A stretch of DNA of 64,000 nucleotides from Trichodelitschia bisporula (Eukaryota): the NCBI GenBank assembly GCA_010356995.1, contig ML996697.1, positions 729,793 through 793,792 on the forward strand, in the 5' to 3' direction. Shown piece after piece: positions 23,971 to 37,261 of the stretch (position 1 is its first letter; each line of letters starts with the position of its first letter). A program made the position numbers and the translations under genes. The notes under the pieces were generated by a model, which searched no databases, had not been told where the DNA came from, and saw only the letters and a list, made by a program, of their open reading frames with translations.

Positions 23971-24344
23971 CCCCCCGGCCACCGCCATTACATCACCGGT
24001 CGCACACGACTGTTCCGCCATCTCTCCCATTTCCCACTCTGTCGTCACTCTGTCAACATCTAATCATCCCCCCACCAACGCAGCACGTTAACTGCATCGC
24101 CAATCAGTCGGTATCCAACCTTATCGTTCATTAAAAAAGGACTTGATCCTCGGGCGGAAAAAAATAATCGCCCGGGCCGAAAGTCACTGGGAGTCCTGGT
24201 CCATCCCGGGCGGCATCAACACCGTCCCACCACGCCTTCACCGCATGACGAGCGGCAGTCGCCGTGGGCGTGAAGACCAACGTCTGACAAGCTACGAGGC
24301 TCCCTGAGTCTAAGCGAATTTTTTGTTTCTCATTGCAAAGAAAA

Positions 24345-26341
24345 ATGGCGGGTACAGTGAGTGCCTCAAAGGTGTCGCCACCGCGCCCTGAGGGGGGCCG
24401 GTTGGCCTCGCCAAAGGATACGAAGAAGAACGGAGCGAAAAGTGAAGGTTGGTCTCTTTGTCTGTCGTTGGCGGGTGAGTACAATGATGCTAACGGATGT
24501 AGACACAGTAAAAGATGCTGCGCGGCATACGTCGCCATCGAAAGGTACGCTGACTCTTTACTCCAAAGTGCTCCTTTCGCTGTTGTCTTTGCCGTGTCGT
24601 GTTTCTAAAATATTTTGTACTGTCGTACTTCAGTTGACATGTCTCTTTTGTACTTTCATTTGCCATCTTCTCATCGTCGTTCTTGCCGCTCGTGGTCACG
24701 GTAGCATGTTGTCAGCGTGTCTGCGTTGTAGCTTCTGCCACTCTCGGTGTCCTCTTCCAAGTCTACTCAACCGTGACTGACTCTCCCAGATGTACCACAG
24801 CCCGTGCAGGCTCCGGAAACCACGCTGGAGGACGCAAAGGCCGCAACTAACGGTGCCGGTCAACCTCTAGGCCCTCCACCTCGACCATCGCAGGGAAACG
24901 GCTCAGAGGCACCCGACTATTTCAATCAGGTTCATACCGCCCACCCATACCAGTCTGAGCCGAACCCTTTCGAGGCCCAGTTTGGCACACAGTCTTCCGA
25001 GACGCCAGGCAAGGTCATTCTACCACCTCCCTCGAGTTTGACATCACCAAATATCTTCCCACCAGGCAGTACACCAACCTGGCCGTCACTCCGCACTGGT
25101 CCACTTAGCCCTGCCATGCTCCAGGGCCCTACAGGTACTAACGACTACTTTGGTGATACGTCCACCTTTGGACGCGGTTTCCCAACACCCAACGAATCAT
25201 CACTCCGCACTGGCCTTACCCCCGGCGGTGGCGGCTCCATGTTCCCGGCTCCGAGCCCTAACTCTCAGGCCCTCTTTAACTCCATAGCTGGCGGCGTGAC
25301 ACCCGGTGCTGCCGACTTCTTCAGGACAAACTTGGCGGCCCGCGCCGCCACCGCCACTGTTCCCACCGCATTCAATGCACCCACTTCTCAGCCTGCTGCC
25401 GACGCTGATCCCCCGCCGGCAACGGAGCGGCCTACTCAGATGCAACAGCAGGAGGCGAGCCGACCAGAGCACTATCTTAACGGCGATGCGGATGCTGTCA
25501 ACGGGCTCTACATGTTGGCCCAAGCGAATCCGGACGTTAATCGTGCGGCACGCTTCACGGCACCACTGCAGCCATCCTTACTACGTACGAACAATATCCC
25601 TGCTGGAGCCCAGTCTGTTGATACGTCGCCGCTGGGCAAAGGAAGCAAGGGGTCCATCGGCGGGGGTAGTCTGACTGGAGGGAGCATGACTGGCGATATG
25701 GACGATATGTCGGACGATAGCGATGAAGAGCAAGTGAAGCCAACGCCGAAAGGACGGGGGAAGCAGCCCCCTGCGCCGGCGGCAAAGGCAGGTAACAAGC
25801 GGAAGAACGAGGAGAAGCCTACAAAGGGGGGGAACAAGCGTGGGAAGAACAACAACGCCCAGGCCCAGGCCCAGATGCAAGAGGATATGGATGACGGTGA
25901 AGGCTCACGTCTCGGTGCAGACGGAAAGAAGATGACGGATGAAGAGAAGCGGAAGAACTTCCTTGAGCGGAATCGGTGAGTCCTGCTTACTTTTTGTCCT
26001 TTCATTTACAACGGCTTCTGACTCTTGCTAGGGTCGCTGCGCTCAAGTGTCGGCAGCGGAAGAAGCAGTGGCTTGCCAACCTGCAGCAGAAGGTGGAGTT
26101 GTTCACGCAGGAGAATGAGGCTCTAGGCCACACCGTCACCAGCCTGCGCGAGGAGATTGTCAACCTCAAGACTCTACTCATGGCCCACAAGGACTGCCCG
26201 ATCTCGATGCAGCAAAATGTCAACAACCCCCAGCTCGGCATGTATCTGGCGGAAATGCCGGCACAGGCCCAGCACATGAATCCGTACGGCATGGCGGCAA
26301 TCGGCATGCAGCAGCAGCAGGCGGGACATGGCGGGCGGTGA
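24345..26341 (+). CDS. atfA: ATF/CREB-family bZIP stress transcription factor
   Basis: Introns 24448-24502, 24545-24789 and ~25976-26031. Aft1-type blocks EPNPFEAQFG, SLRTGPLSPAMLQGP and TPNESSLRTGLTPGGGGSMFP, then the bZIP EKRKNFLERNRVAALKCRQRKKQWL. Confidence 0.95.
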
Positions 26342-28034
26342 TAGAAAAATCGCTTCGGACTTGTCTTACTATCATGTCTATGGCAATGTAATGCAGAGAG
26401 GTTGTATCGAGATCGGATGGCCGAGGCAATTGGATGGGCGGATGGGTGGAATGGAGGGGTTTGGCGTCCAGGTTAAAACAAGGCATGGGACGCGGGGGGG
26501 CGCGCGGTTTTTGTCTTTGGGATGTATACAAAATGGATTCGGAATGGTATGGGCGGTGGGGTTCTGGGGCTTTGTATTCTTGTGGCTTTTCATTGCGGTG
26601 GGTAGTGCGCACCTTCTTCTCCCGTTTGCCATCGGTGGATGTGTGGCTGGGTGGAAGTAGGGGTTTTTTTTTTTATGTCTATGTTGGGGGAGTTGAAGAG
26701 ATGAGGGAATTGTTAATGTTTTAACCTTTGCCCCTTCTTTTCTTCGCTTCCTTGTGGTTGGAGATGGATATCCTGGGAAGGGCCCTTCCAATCGGTGCTT
26801 GAGAGGAGCAAGATGAAGATCCCCGGGAGGAGGTGGATGAGCGGGTGGGCATAGCGGGGAACGGGGTGGGGCGGAACTGACTGAAGAAGGGTGAATTGTC
26901 AAGCAGCGATACGGGTTGTATAATTCGTGTCTTTTGGCTTGCAACTTTGGGATACAATAGCGTTGCCTTTGCTTGTTTGGTGGGTTCAGAGAGCATGGCA
27001 TCGGGCATGGGATCGCGGGAATGTACTCTTGGACCTTGGTACTGTACGTAGGCTAGTAGTCGTCTAACTTGCTTGTCTTTGAAGCTAGAGACTGCACTTG
27101 CGTTGATCTGCTACCGTTCTCCAGTCCTTTCACCTAGCATACCACCTGTCCTGCCACGCCTGCCCTGCCAATGGGGATGCATCAACCGCAAGCCAACCGA
27201 GCGGACTGAGCAACCAGAGCGGGCTGAGCAAACCGAGTGAACTCGCGATCGCCAACCGCTATGGATTATCGAGATCTACGTACCGCCCCGGGCCCTGGCA
27301 CGATCCTCCGGCGAGATGGGCCGTGTCAAGTTGACTGTCATACTGACGTCATACCCCCCCCCCCCCCCCCCTCCCGTCCCAACAACCTCGAGCCATATCA
27401 CGTGCCCCGTCGCCCATCGCGCGCTAACCGCCGAGAAAGAAGTTGGGGAAAACAAGTTTGGCGCTCCGTGCACGGGCGGGTTTGCGCGAGCGATGGCCGA
27501 GTGGGCTGGTAAGGTGAGTGTGGACGGGCGGTGGGCGGTGTGCTGGAGGGGTGGGGGGCTGCGGAGGCTGGGGCCGAGCGGAGGAGGAGCTACCTCCTCC
27601 CGGCTAATGGCGCGCCCGGGGCTAGCTCCGCGTAGTGGGGGATCGTTGAGCCTAGAGCCAGGATCGCACGCGGGCCGGTACGGCAAGGCTAGGTCGGATG
27701 GGCCGGGCCGGGCGCGCAGCAGAAGCACACCGCACGATGCAAATCCAGAATGCAACATCCAATTCCATGCCGCTATGCTCGGTATGTACGCACCTACAGC
27801 CCGCCGACCCGAACCCATCCTCCAAACCGACTTCACAACCCACAACACGCCAACGCGCCGCCCATGCCTTCCAACCCAACACGCCCATGCTATGCAACAG
27901 CAAGCCCAGCCATCGAAACCAAACTCAAGTCCCACTCCACCTTCCCAAGTCCCCCCTCCTCCCTCCCCCCTCCAAAACCCACGCTCCAAATCCAAAACCC
28001 AGGCACAACACGAAAGATGATAGAAGCAGGGGGG

Positions 28035-28917
28035 CTACTTCCTCTTCCTCCTCCCCCCAAGAAAACCAACCTTCTCAAACAACCTCCCCTCCCCCTTATC
28101 CCTCTCCCTCTCCCTCTCCCTCTCCTTCTCCTTCTCCCCCCCAACCCTAATAGTAGGCAAAGCCGTCGCCCCATCCTCACTACTACTCCTCCCTCCCCCA
28201 CCAGCACCTCTTTCACCTTCCCTTCCACCTCCTCCCCCTCCCTGATTAGCCACACTCCCCCCCCTAACAACCCTCCTCGCCCCCCCATCCGCACTCTCAA
28301 ACCCCATCGGCCTCCAATCCACCCTCGCCTCCCCCCTCACCACCCTCCTCGGCCCACCAGAACTAGCCGCCTCATTCTCAAACCCCATGTCCCGCGCCTC
28401 GCGCATCTTCCCCACACTCGCACTACTCCCCTGGCGCTCGTTCCCAGGCCGTTCGCGCGCGCCGTCGCTTTTCCACCCGCGCTCCGCTTCGTCCCATCCC
28501 CGCCTGTCCACCGCAGACGCGGAGCCGGGCCACTCGGTTCCCGGCCCCGCACCTCCCATTACCACACCATCCCTCCCCTCCCCCTCCCGGCTCCCCTGAG
28601 GCCGCTCCTTCCTCTCCCCCTTCTCCCTCTCCCTCTTCTTCTCCCCTCCCCTCCCCCCAACCCCAAGACCAGCCAAGCCGTAACCACCATAATACGTCCT
28701 CGGCGTCCTCGCCAAATCCTCCCTCCTCAACACATTCACATTCACATTCACATTCCCTTCCCCGCCCCTCGCCAGCGGGGTCCCATTCCCACTCCTCGTC
28801 CCACGCTCCTCATCCCCTCCCGCCACCGGCGCCGCAGTCGGTGGCGCACTCTCCGTGCCGCCCTCCAGCCCGTACGGACTAGCCGGGGAATGCGGCATCG
28901 TGCTTGCGCCGGCAGGT

Positions 28918-28954
<37 letters not shown>

Positions 28955-31900
28955 TGCCGGGGATGTACCCGTGCGTCGAGCGGGAGCGTGCGAAGGGCGG
29001 GGGCATGTCGAGCGTCAGCCCCCTCTCCGGCACCAACCCAGGAGACGGACTCGGGCTCGCCGCCGCGCTGCCGACCCTAACGTGGCTAGGCCTGACGGGC
29101 GGGGGCGGCGCCGCGGCGCCGGCGCCCTCGAGGTGCTCGACTAGTTCCTCCCATTTGAAGCTCAGATCAGAACTCGGGCGCTGGGCGCGCTCGGCCCGCG
29201 CCAAGCAGTCCTCGGTGCGGGACCGGAGGGCGAGACACAGGTGGTGGAACCTTAGCAAGTCCCGGTCGGACTCGGGGATGTGGCCTATATTCCCGGCGTG
29301 GGCGAGCCAGAGGGATACGAGCGCGGCGAAGTTGCGCGCGTGGTCGATTAGGTACGGGAGGCTTGGGAAGCCTTCTCTCGAAGTAGGGGGCAGGCGGCCT
29401 AGGATGGCGATGGGGGTGGAGTAGGAGGGGGGGACGAGCGGGGTTGGTGGTGTGGTTGAGGGGATGGCGCAGACGGTGTCGAGGAAGGATTTGAAGCTTG
29501 TGCGGTGGGTGGAGAGGAAGGAGTTCATTGGTTCCATCCATTGTTCTTTTTGGCCGAAGGTTGTCATGTTCGCCAGCCCCTGCAGGGATTTAGCGACGAG
29601 GGTAAGCGTGCGGCGCGCGTTGGTGCGCGGGTGGTCCTTGAGCAGGCCGAAGAGCTTGGGGTTGAGGATCGCGGGGCAGAAGAAGCGCAGGAAGAGAAAC
29701 CCGGATACACTGCTGTACGACACGGTGCGCAGGAAGTCGCCGTAGCGGTCCTCGGCGCAGGCGCGGATGTGCCGGAAGATATACCGCAGTTCGGGCGGGC
29801 ACTTGAGCGCGGACTTGTAAATCAGATCCCAGCACTCGCTCGTCAGCGCGATGAGCCGGCGCCAGTTCTTATCCAGATCGTTCGCGTTCGCGATGTTGTT
29901 CGGATTAACTTCGCAGTCCGGGTCTTTGTCCGCGATCTCCTTGAGCTTGTCGCCGAGGGTCTCTTCGAGATATTCCTTGCCGAGACGCTTCATGTGCAGA
30001 TCGAGGCTCTTGGTCAGGATGGTGTTGCCGCGGAAGAGCAAGTTCGCCTCGAGCGTAGCGCTCTTGTTCATATCCCGCACGATCAACTCGCGGTCCACAG
30101 GCGGGCCGAACATGCCCCCCTCGCCGGACTCATTGCTCCCCATCCGGCGACTAAAGCGCGTGCGACTCGCCGCGCTCTCCTTAGCCGTACCGTCGATTTC
30201 CTCCTCCGCCAGCGCGGTGAGCCACTCACACGCCTTACCCGACACCTGGAAGATATTCAGCAGACACTCGCTGAGCCGCGCCAGCTGCCCGGACATCATA
30301 TGCGAAATCTGCATCGTGAGCCCATTATCAAAGCGATGCAGCAGCTCGCTCATAGGCTGATAGTCGCGCGCCATAAGAATGACGTTCTCCTCCGCATTGA
30401 CATTGACCAACACCTCGCCCACGCCCTGGCCGAACGCATTAACCAGCGGCCACCACTTCTCCATCGCTTTGCCGGGCTCCAAATCATCCAGGTAAATATC
30501 CACCTTCCCACACGTCTCGTCAAACGTAATCCCCTCAAAATGCTCCCCATTCGACGGTCCCGCGGGATCATGATGCTTCTTGCTCTCATCACGACGGGTA
30601 CGCTCCTCCCGCGGCCGGCTCGGCGGCCTCTTCTTCAGCGATATGCTCGCCACTGAAAGCACGGCCGGCAAATCCGCAAACTCGAAGTCCTCGCGCCAGA
30701 ACGGATTCAGACTGTCGTACTTGATCATCGTCTTCGCCCTCGTTTCGCCATCCAGCTGCACCTCGGCGTAATACCCGCCGCTGTTCGCAGGGGCGCTGGC
30801 ATCGAAGCGCGCTTTCGAGTCCCCCTCTGGAACCTTGGGGCTCATAGGCGGGAGGAGCCGCGCCTCGATGACTTTGAACGAGATGGAGCGCTCCATGCGG
30901 AACATATCCGTCGTGCTCGCGACGAACGGCGCGGGCAGCGTCTCGCGCGACCCGCCCAAGTCCTCGGCGAACGGCTGCTTCGGGCCATACAGCTGCGGAA
31001 TGGTGAACGCGCGGAGCAGCACGAGCCAGACCTCGTACAGCACGCGGGACTCGAGCGAGACAATGACGGGCCGCTCGATGCTCTGCGAGCCCGGCGCAGC
31101 GGAGTACTGCGGATAAATAGCGATGCAAAAGTCGCTGTCGAGCACGGAGCGGTCCAACCTCTGGATCGCACAGCGGCTCAGGGACGCGAGCTGGATGCAC
31201 GCGACTAGGGTCACATCCTGCTCGGAGTACAACTTGAGCTCACCGTTCTCGCGCAGCGTGCACGACACGCGTCGCCACCTCCGTGACTCCGAGCTCGCCA
31301 TCTGGCTTGCGGCGCGCTTGCCGTTCTTCGACGTCGGCGTATGCTTGTAGGAAACATTCGTGTCCCAAAAGACCATCTTGCCGACTTTGATAATGGGTGC
31401 CTCCTTGAGCAGTGAAATCTCCGAGTGCCGGCGGCTGTCAGCGAGACGCCGCTCCGACATCATGGCCGCTTGCGGCTTCGTCATTCGGTTTTGAATGCCC
31501 TTTGGCCGGATGGGCTGCCAGCACAGCAGCGCCGCGAACCAGGAATCGAACTCATCCTGCGTGTGCGGGCGCAGATGCACCTTGAGCTTCGAATTCTGCG
31601 GACACACATCCAGGTACGGCATCTGCGACTCGGCGTCCCACGCCGGGTTGATGTTGCAACCGCGCAGGTCGGGAATGAGTGTCCGATAGTACGTATCAGA
31701 GCTCTTCGGCTCATACACCAGACTGCCCGACTCATCGTTGATACTGCAGTACGAAAGCGCCCAAGGCGTCGTCTCCGCGCGGCGAAACGCCAACGGGCCC
31801 TCCATGCGGCCACGCAGGCTCTTCATCAACTGCAAGATCTTGCGCGTATCGGACGCCGTCAGCGGGGGCGGCTCAAGCGGAGACTCTGGATGTCTCACAG

Positions 31901-32528
31901 GCGCGGGGGAAGATTCCATCAGCTCAGGCTCCCTAGGCTGCTTGGCCAGCTTGCTGCGGGGCTGATCGTTGCCACGGATCGGCATGTTGTATTGTGCAGG
32001 AATGATAGCCGGGTGGCCAATAGACGTAACCGCGTCCTCGACGCCCCCGTTAAAGGCGACGGCCGATGCAGGCGATGCGGAATGAACGGATCCGATGCGA
32101 TGTCTGTTTTTCATGAACACACTCGTGGGACTTGCGTCGCGTTGGCCACGTTCTTCGAGCGTACGGGTGCGTGGTCGCGGGGTATGCTCCCTCATAACGC
32201 CCTGGACGCGCTCGTTCGTGGACCCTGAGCGGATGCGGTACGAGCGGGACGAGTGGCCGGGACTAACGTTTGCACTATCCAACTGGGGCGACGTAGGGGG
32301 GCTCGAAGGGACCGGGTCGTCGTAGGGCCCACCGCCCATGACGCGGCCCTCCGGGATAGACTCGGGGGTGACGGTGCGGATAGTGCCGCTGGTGAAGGGA
32401 TTCATGTTGCGATTCCCAAACACCATGTCCTCCCTGCTGTGCGAGCGACTAGGTCCGTGGTGATGAGGATGGTGAGCGGCGCCAGACTCGGCTTCGACAC
32501 GCCTGCGCCGCGATGCGCGGCTCTCCAT
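28035..32528 (-). CDS. BUD2: Ras GTPase-activating protein (PH-like + C2 + RasGAP), Bud2/Cla2 type
   Basis: Motifs NLLFRGNTILTKSLD, SVSGFLFLRFFCPAILNPKLF and C2-type NPFWREDFEF. The start is uncertain because the frame is open to 32663. Low-complexity C-terminus. Confidence 0.9.
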
Positions 32529-33322
32529 GGCGGAGGGCACGTGGGAAATTCTGGGGAGAGCGGTGCGTGGCCGGGGTGGCAAGGGGACTGCGGCGTTGCC
32601 TGCTATATCAAGAAGCCACTGCTTCTCGACCTCTAGCAACGTGCGCTCGCCTCGCGGATCCACTGCGGCTGGAGGGAGAAAATACTATGTGCTGGAACTG
32701 GGACGGTCGTCGGCGAATGACTTGCGACTCAGCGGCGCAGCAGAGAGTATGAAGGTCGCGACGTGAAGACGGCACTGGGGGAAGGTATGGTGACAATCGA
32801 CGCGCATCTGTACGGCTGCGGGGGTGTCAGGACGCCGGGGACCCCGTGCGGACGACTAGTAGTAGCTGAAGCTTGAGAAGATGGATCTTGTCGCCACGCT
32901 TATGCTTTCCGTCGCGAACAACGCTGACCGCAAACAGTTTCCAAGAGGACGCTTGAACGCAACAGCCAATTGAACGATGCGAAACGCGGCGCGAAAGGTG
33001 TTATGAGTAGGATGAGAGGGATCGTGGTTGGCGAAGAGGAGTGCGAGGGATGCGCAGATGGACCATGGACAGCGGAGGGACGATGCGTCGAGGAGATGTG
33101 TCGTTTGGGCGTGCTGGAGCACAAAGAGAGATGAGATGGGCGAGACGAGACGAGAGGAGGCGGGCGGAGGCGGATAAAGGCGAGAGGGAGAGAGCCAGGA
33201 GCTATGGTATTCCTGCGACAGAACACACGGCGACGGTGACAACGGTGGACGATGGGTCGTGGTGCAGGGTTGCAGAGGCGCGAGATGCAGAAGAGTTTGT
33301 TGGATGGGCTGTTTGTGGTGTT

Positions 33323-33396
33323 GTGTGTGTGCTTGGTGTGGAGTGTGCTTGGTGTGTGGAGTGTGCTTGGTGTGCTTGGTGTGTGGAGTGTGTGGA
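33323..33396. repeat. Imperfect GT-rich tandem repeat (GTGTGCTTG/GTGTGGA units)
   Basis: Visible directly in the intergenic DNA. Confidence 0.75.
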
Positions 33397-33820
33397 GGTT
33401 GTCTTCATTGTCTGCCAGGGCTGTTTTGGGGGGAGAGGGGAGGGGGGTGTGTGGGTGTGTGGGTGTGTGGGTGAGTGTGGAGAGGGGGCGTTCTGTGTGC
33501 GGGTGTGTGCCGTCTGCAGGGTGGAGAGTGCAGCTGTGCAGAACAAACAGACAGTCAGACAGAATAGAACAAGAAGGAGAAGATACTGAAGAGAAGGAAA
33601 AGAAAAGCTTCTCGTGACGATGAGGAAAAGAGACACCTATGACATACGGTACGGTATAGCCTTACAGTGTCTCTCTCCGTATCTTCAGTCTCTCTTGTGA
33701 ATCTCTTCTGTCTCACCACCTTCTCTCGCTTCTCTCGCTTCTCACTCTATCATGAGAACACACGAACACTCTCTCCAGCACGCTATACGGTACATCCCCC
33801 ATCCTCTCCATCTTATCATT

Positions 33821-33900
33821 CCTCATCCTCATCCTCATCCTCACCCTCACCCTCACTCTCATCCTCACTCTCATCCTCATCCTCATCCTCATCCTCATCT
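33821..33900. repeat. (CCTCAT)n hexamer microsatellite
   Basis: About 13 imperfect units. Confidence 0.9.
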
Positions 33901-35006
33901 TCCTCCCCTTATACCATCATCCAATTCCCTCTATCCTCACCCCCTCACCACCCAAACCCCCCCCCTCTATGATCCCCTCCACAAACCCCCTCCCCCCCCC
34001 CAAATCAACGCCATCACCAACCCAGCAAACCACCTCTCCACATTTCCCCAGTCTCCCATCAAAAGCCCACAAACCCAAACCCCAACCAAAACGCCCTACA
34101 TCGGCCTGCAAAAACTAACCGAACGACAAAAAAGCAAAAGACGATCGCAGAAAAGGGCCACAACCCCGTTTCACATCCCCTCTCAAAGACCCCTCACACC
34201 TCCGGCAGCTGGTCGGGAACAAAGCCACCGCAATTCGCCGCCATCGAACCTCTCACCATTGTGCGATGCTGCAGTACGGTACACATCGACTACAACTACT
34301 ACGTACTAGCCAGCCTTGGAACCAGTAAACCATACATAGAACCTGCCGCAATTCGTTATCGAAAGGGGCAACCGGCTTCAATTTACTCCAATAGCCAATA
34401 CTGCCCTGCAGAGCCGCATAAATATCCCACATTGCTTGCCCATGTTGCCTCTCCGCCTCTCACCTCTTCTCCCTCTCCAATGGATCGCTCGTCGAATTGC
34501 CCCTACACCCCACAGCAAAATGTACCAACGGAGATCCACACCGCACCCTCCTACCAAATACTTTCTTCATACCCTTCACTCGCAAACAATCCTTAGCAAA
34601 GGGATAACCATACCCGCACTAATCACATCTTCCCCAATTACCCCTCCCAAACCACCCCCTCCTCCTTGAAAGGGGAACATCACAACGTCATAAAAAAACC
34701 CAGCAACGAAACAGGTGCAAGAACACCCAGCCAACATCTGCATTGGTCGCTCCAAAGCGGGACCGTATCTCTCCCTTCCTCCAGACCTCAAACACCCCTC
34801 GCCCAGCCCAGAATACTCCCCCTCCCCACATCTCGCCCTCCAGAAAATACGTTGTACCCTAGTAGTAAAATAGGTATCCGAACTCCGCGAGCATCAAGCG
34901 CCATTGGGCCCAAAAAAAAATAAAGCTTCGGAAGAATAGAATTCTAGCCCCAAAGGGTTCACCCTTCCTCTCCGCCCTCAGCCCCGCGCCCCCACATCTC
35001 ACTCAC

Positions 35007-36116
35007 TCACTTCAACGGCGGAGTCTCCCCCTCCCCCACCGCCCCAATACTCAAACTCCCCCCCCTAGCCGCACCCAAATCCCCGCTCCCCGTCTTCCGC
35101 AGCGCCTGCCGCATAGTCTCAACCATCAACTCCCCCCCGAGAATCGGACTCTGCGCACTATTCGGGCTCCCCATCCCCCTCCCCCCCTTCCCAACCCCAA
35201 TATCAACACCCTTAACACTCGGCGCCCCAGACGTAGGCGGGCTCGGCCCAAACCCGTGGCTCGAAGCAGGGGAGCGCACTGGGCTCGGCGAGCGATTCGC
35301 GGTAGACGAGATAGAGCTTAAGTGTAGGGCAGAGGAGTCGCGGTGCTCCGCGTGCTCCGCCTGCACGACGTCCGCGAAGGAAATGAAGCTGAGCCGGCGC
35401 ACGTCGTGCGTGTCCAGGCTCCCGTAGTTCGACGCCGTGTCGTCGGCTTCGCCTACGCTGTCCTCGGTGTGCTGCGCTAGTGGGGAGAGTGCATCGTTGT
35501 TCGGCGGCGCGCTGATGGATGCGGCAGCGGGCTGGTGCGCGGCGTGCATTACTATTTCGACTTCGTCGGGGCCGAGGTGCGTGTCTGTGATGGCGAGGGA
35601 GGACGCCTCGAGCACGGGGGGGATATGGTCTTCGGTCTGGATGTGTGCGGGGATGGCGGAGGACAGATCGTCTGGCAGCGGGGCCTCCTGGACGTTGCGC
35701 TCGAAGATGAGGGATGAGGCGGGGGAGTGCAGGCCCGGCGATGAGGAGCGGATGCGCCGCGGCGAGGAGGCGGGGATGGCGCCGCGGGGGGAGGCGGGGT
35801 TGCGGGAGTCCGTGGAGGGAGCATTGTGCGGTGAGGGGGCGCGGGGAGGGATCGCGATCATTTTGGGGGTGTTGGTGGGGGGGGTGGTGAGGGTGGAGGA
35901 GGAGGCGTCGGGGGAGAGGGTGGAAGGGTCTTTCTTCTTATCGTCTTTCTTCTTGAGGAGGCCGAAGAGGCGGCGCTTGGAGCTGCTGCCGGATTTGCCC
36001 TGTGCGCTGTCGCTTTCGGTTCGGTCGTCGGTGGCCGTTGTGGTGTCGGTGATGGTGGGTGGAGCGGGAGTGGTGGTTGTCTTCTCGACGGGGGCGGGGT
36101 TCGGGAGGGCACTCAT
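35007..36116 (-). CDS. Conserved fungal hypothetical Ser/Pro-rich protein
   Basis: 369-aa ORF with conserved-looking blocks SSLIFERNVQE, PAHIQTEDHIPPVLEASS and RRLSFISFADVV. Confidence 0.85.
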   Translation of the reverse strand: MSALPNPAPVEKTTTTPAPPTITDTTTATDDRTESDSAQGKSGSSSKRRLFGLLKKKDDKKKDPSTLSPDASSSTLTTPPTNTPKMIAIPPRAPSPHNAPSTDSRNPASPRGAIPASSPRRIRSSSPGLHSPASSLIFERNVQEAPLPDDLSSAIPAHIQTEDHIPPVLEASSLAITDTHLGPDEVEIVMHAAHQPAAASISAPPNNDALSPLAQHTEDSVGEADDTASNYGSLDTHDVRRLSFISFADVVQAEHAEHRDSSALHLSSISSTANRSPSPVRSPASSHGFGPSPPTSGAPSVKGVDIGVGKGGRGMGSPNSAQSPILGGELMVETMRQALRKTGSGDLGAARGGSLSIGAVGEGETPPLK

Positions 36117-37261
36117 CGAGAAGATGGAGGGGGACCAATTGGCCCCGCGGTGGAAGATGGGGGGGTTTCAGGTAGGATGGAGGTGCTCGAGAAAACAGTA
36201 GCGCAGTTCGACAGTAGCGATCAAAGGACGACTGGGACGAGAGGAGACGATATAGACAAGGAGCTCGTATTGAGATAGGTGGTGGTTGGTGGAGGAGCGA
36301 GGAGGTGTAGAGAGCGGAGAAGGAGTAAGTGGCGGTAAGGTTGAGGATTAAGGTTGCATAAGCTCTCGGTGGAGGAACGTGAACTGGCGGAGGGAGCGGT
36401 AGAAGCGGTGGAGGGTTAGCGGCGTACAGTAGTAGTACCTATTGTTCAGCAGCAAGAGATGGCAAGCGACTGCAACCGCAACTGGACCAGGACAAGGTTA
36501 AGTAAGTGAATGGGCAGTGGGCGGGGGGGGATGGGCGTGTGACGACGGTGGAGAGGGGGTAATGGAAGCCTGGGAATTGAGTGGACATCAACTTGAAGTG
36601 AAGGGCAAGACGACTCGCCCTGGTGCTGAAGCGTTTGGCCGGGAGTTAGCGGATTCCGTCACTCCAAGCTTCTCGTCAAATTCACCGTTTGCGGATCCCA
36701 TCCCAGTCCAAAAGGGCAACACGTCATCGGCGTCCCCCGAAGCTGTGGTAGCTATTTATTTACATGCTAAACACCTCCCCCATCTCTGCCACCATCATCC
36801 AAGCCCATTCACTCAACCATCACCGCCCATCCTCCTCGTTGCCCTAGAGACACACAGCAGAAGCACTCTGCATCAGTCCATCTCAACTGCCCAACTCCCC
36901 GCACTTCCCTGTTCGGAACACAACCTTTCCTAGCTCCCCCGCGGCAGCCTGCTGAACGCGGCTTTGCCCGCTCCACGCCCATGGCCACAATGGCACGCCC
37001 ACTCTCTTAACTCGCACCTTATTATCAGATCACCTTCTCGAAAGCTCCTCGGGCGCTTAGCATATATCCTGATTCAACCTGGCCAATAGCTTCTAAATTT
37101 GCTATCCATGTGGCGGTACGTGCCGTGTTATGCTATCAAAGTAGGAAAGTGCCTCAATTCAGGGATTGCGCGCGCTTTTTATCCGTAGATCAATTCAATT
37201 CCTGCATGCTCCGACCCTTTATCCCCCAGACGCCTATCCTGACACCTGACTGCACAAACGC

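Noticed and set aside
27344..27351. Perfect CRE site TGACGTCA (also 977-984; variant TGACATCA at 23229 upstream of atfA)
   Set aside because: One or two 8-mers in 64 kb are expected by chance, and the perfect sites lie in 3' regions.
27750..29144. 464-aa Pro-rich + strand ORF and many other long overlapping ORFs
   Set aside because: These are antisense or alternate-frame shadows of real genes in GC-rich, low-complexity DNA.
33200..34300. ORFs with HP/MR/poly-S repeats
   Set aside because: They are translations of microsatellites in intergenic or UTR DNA.
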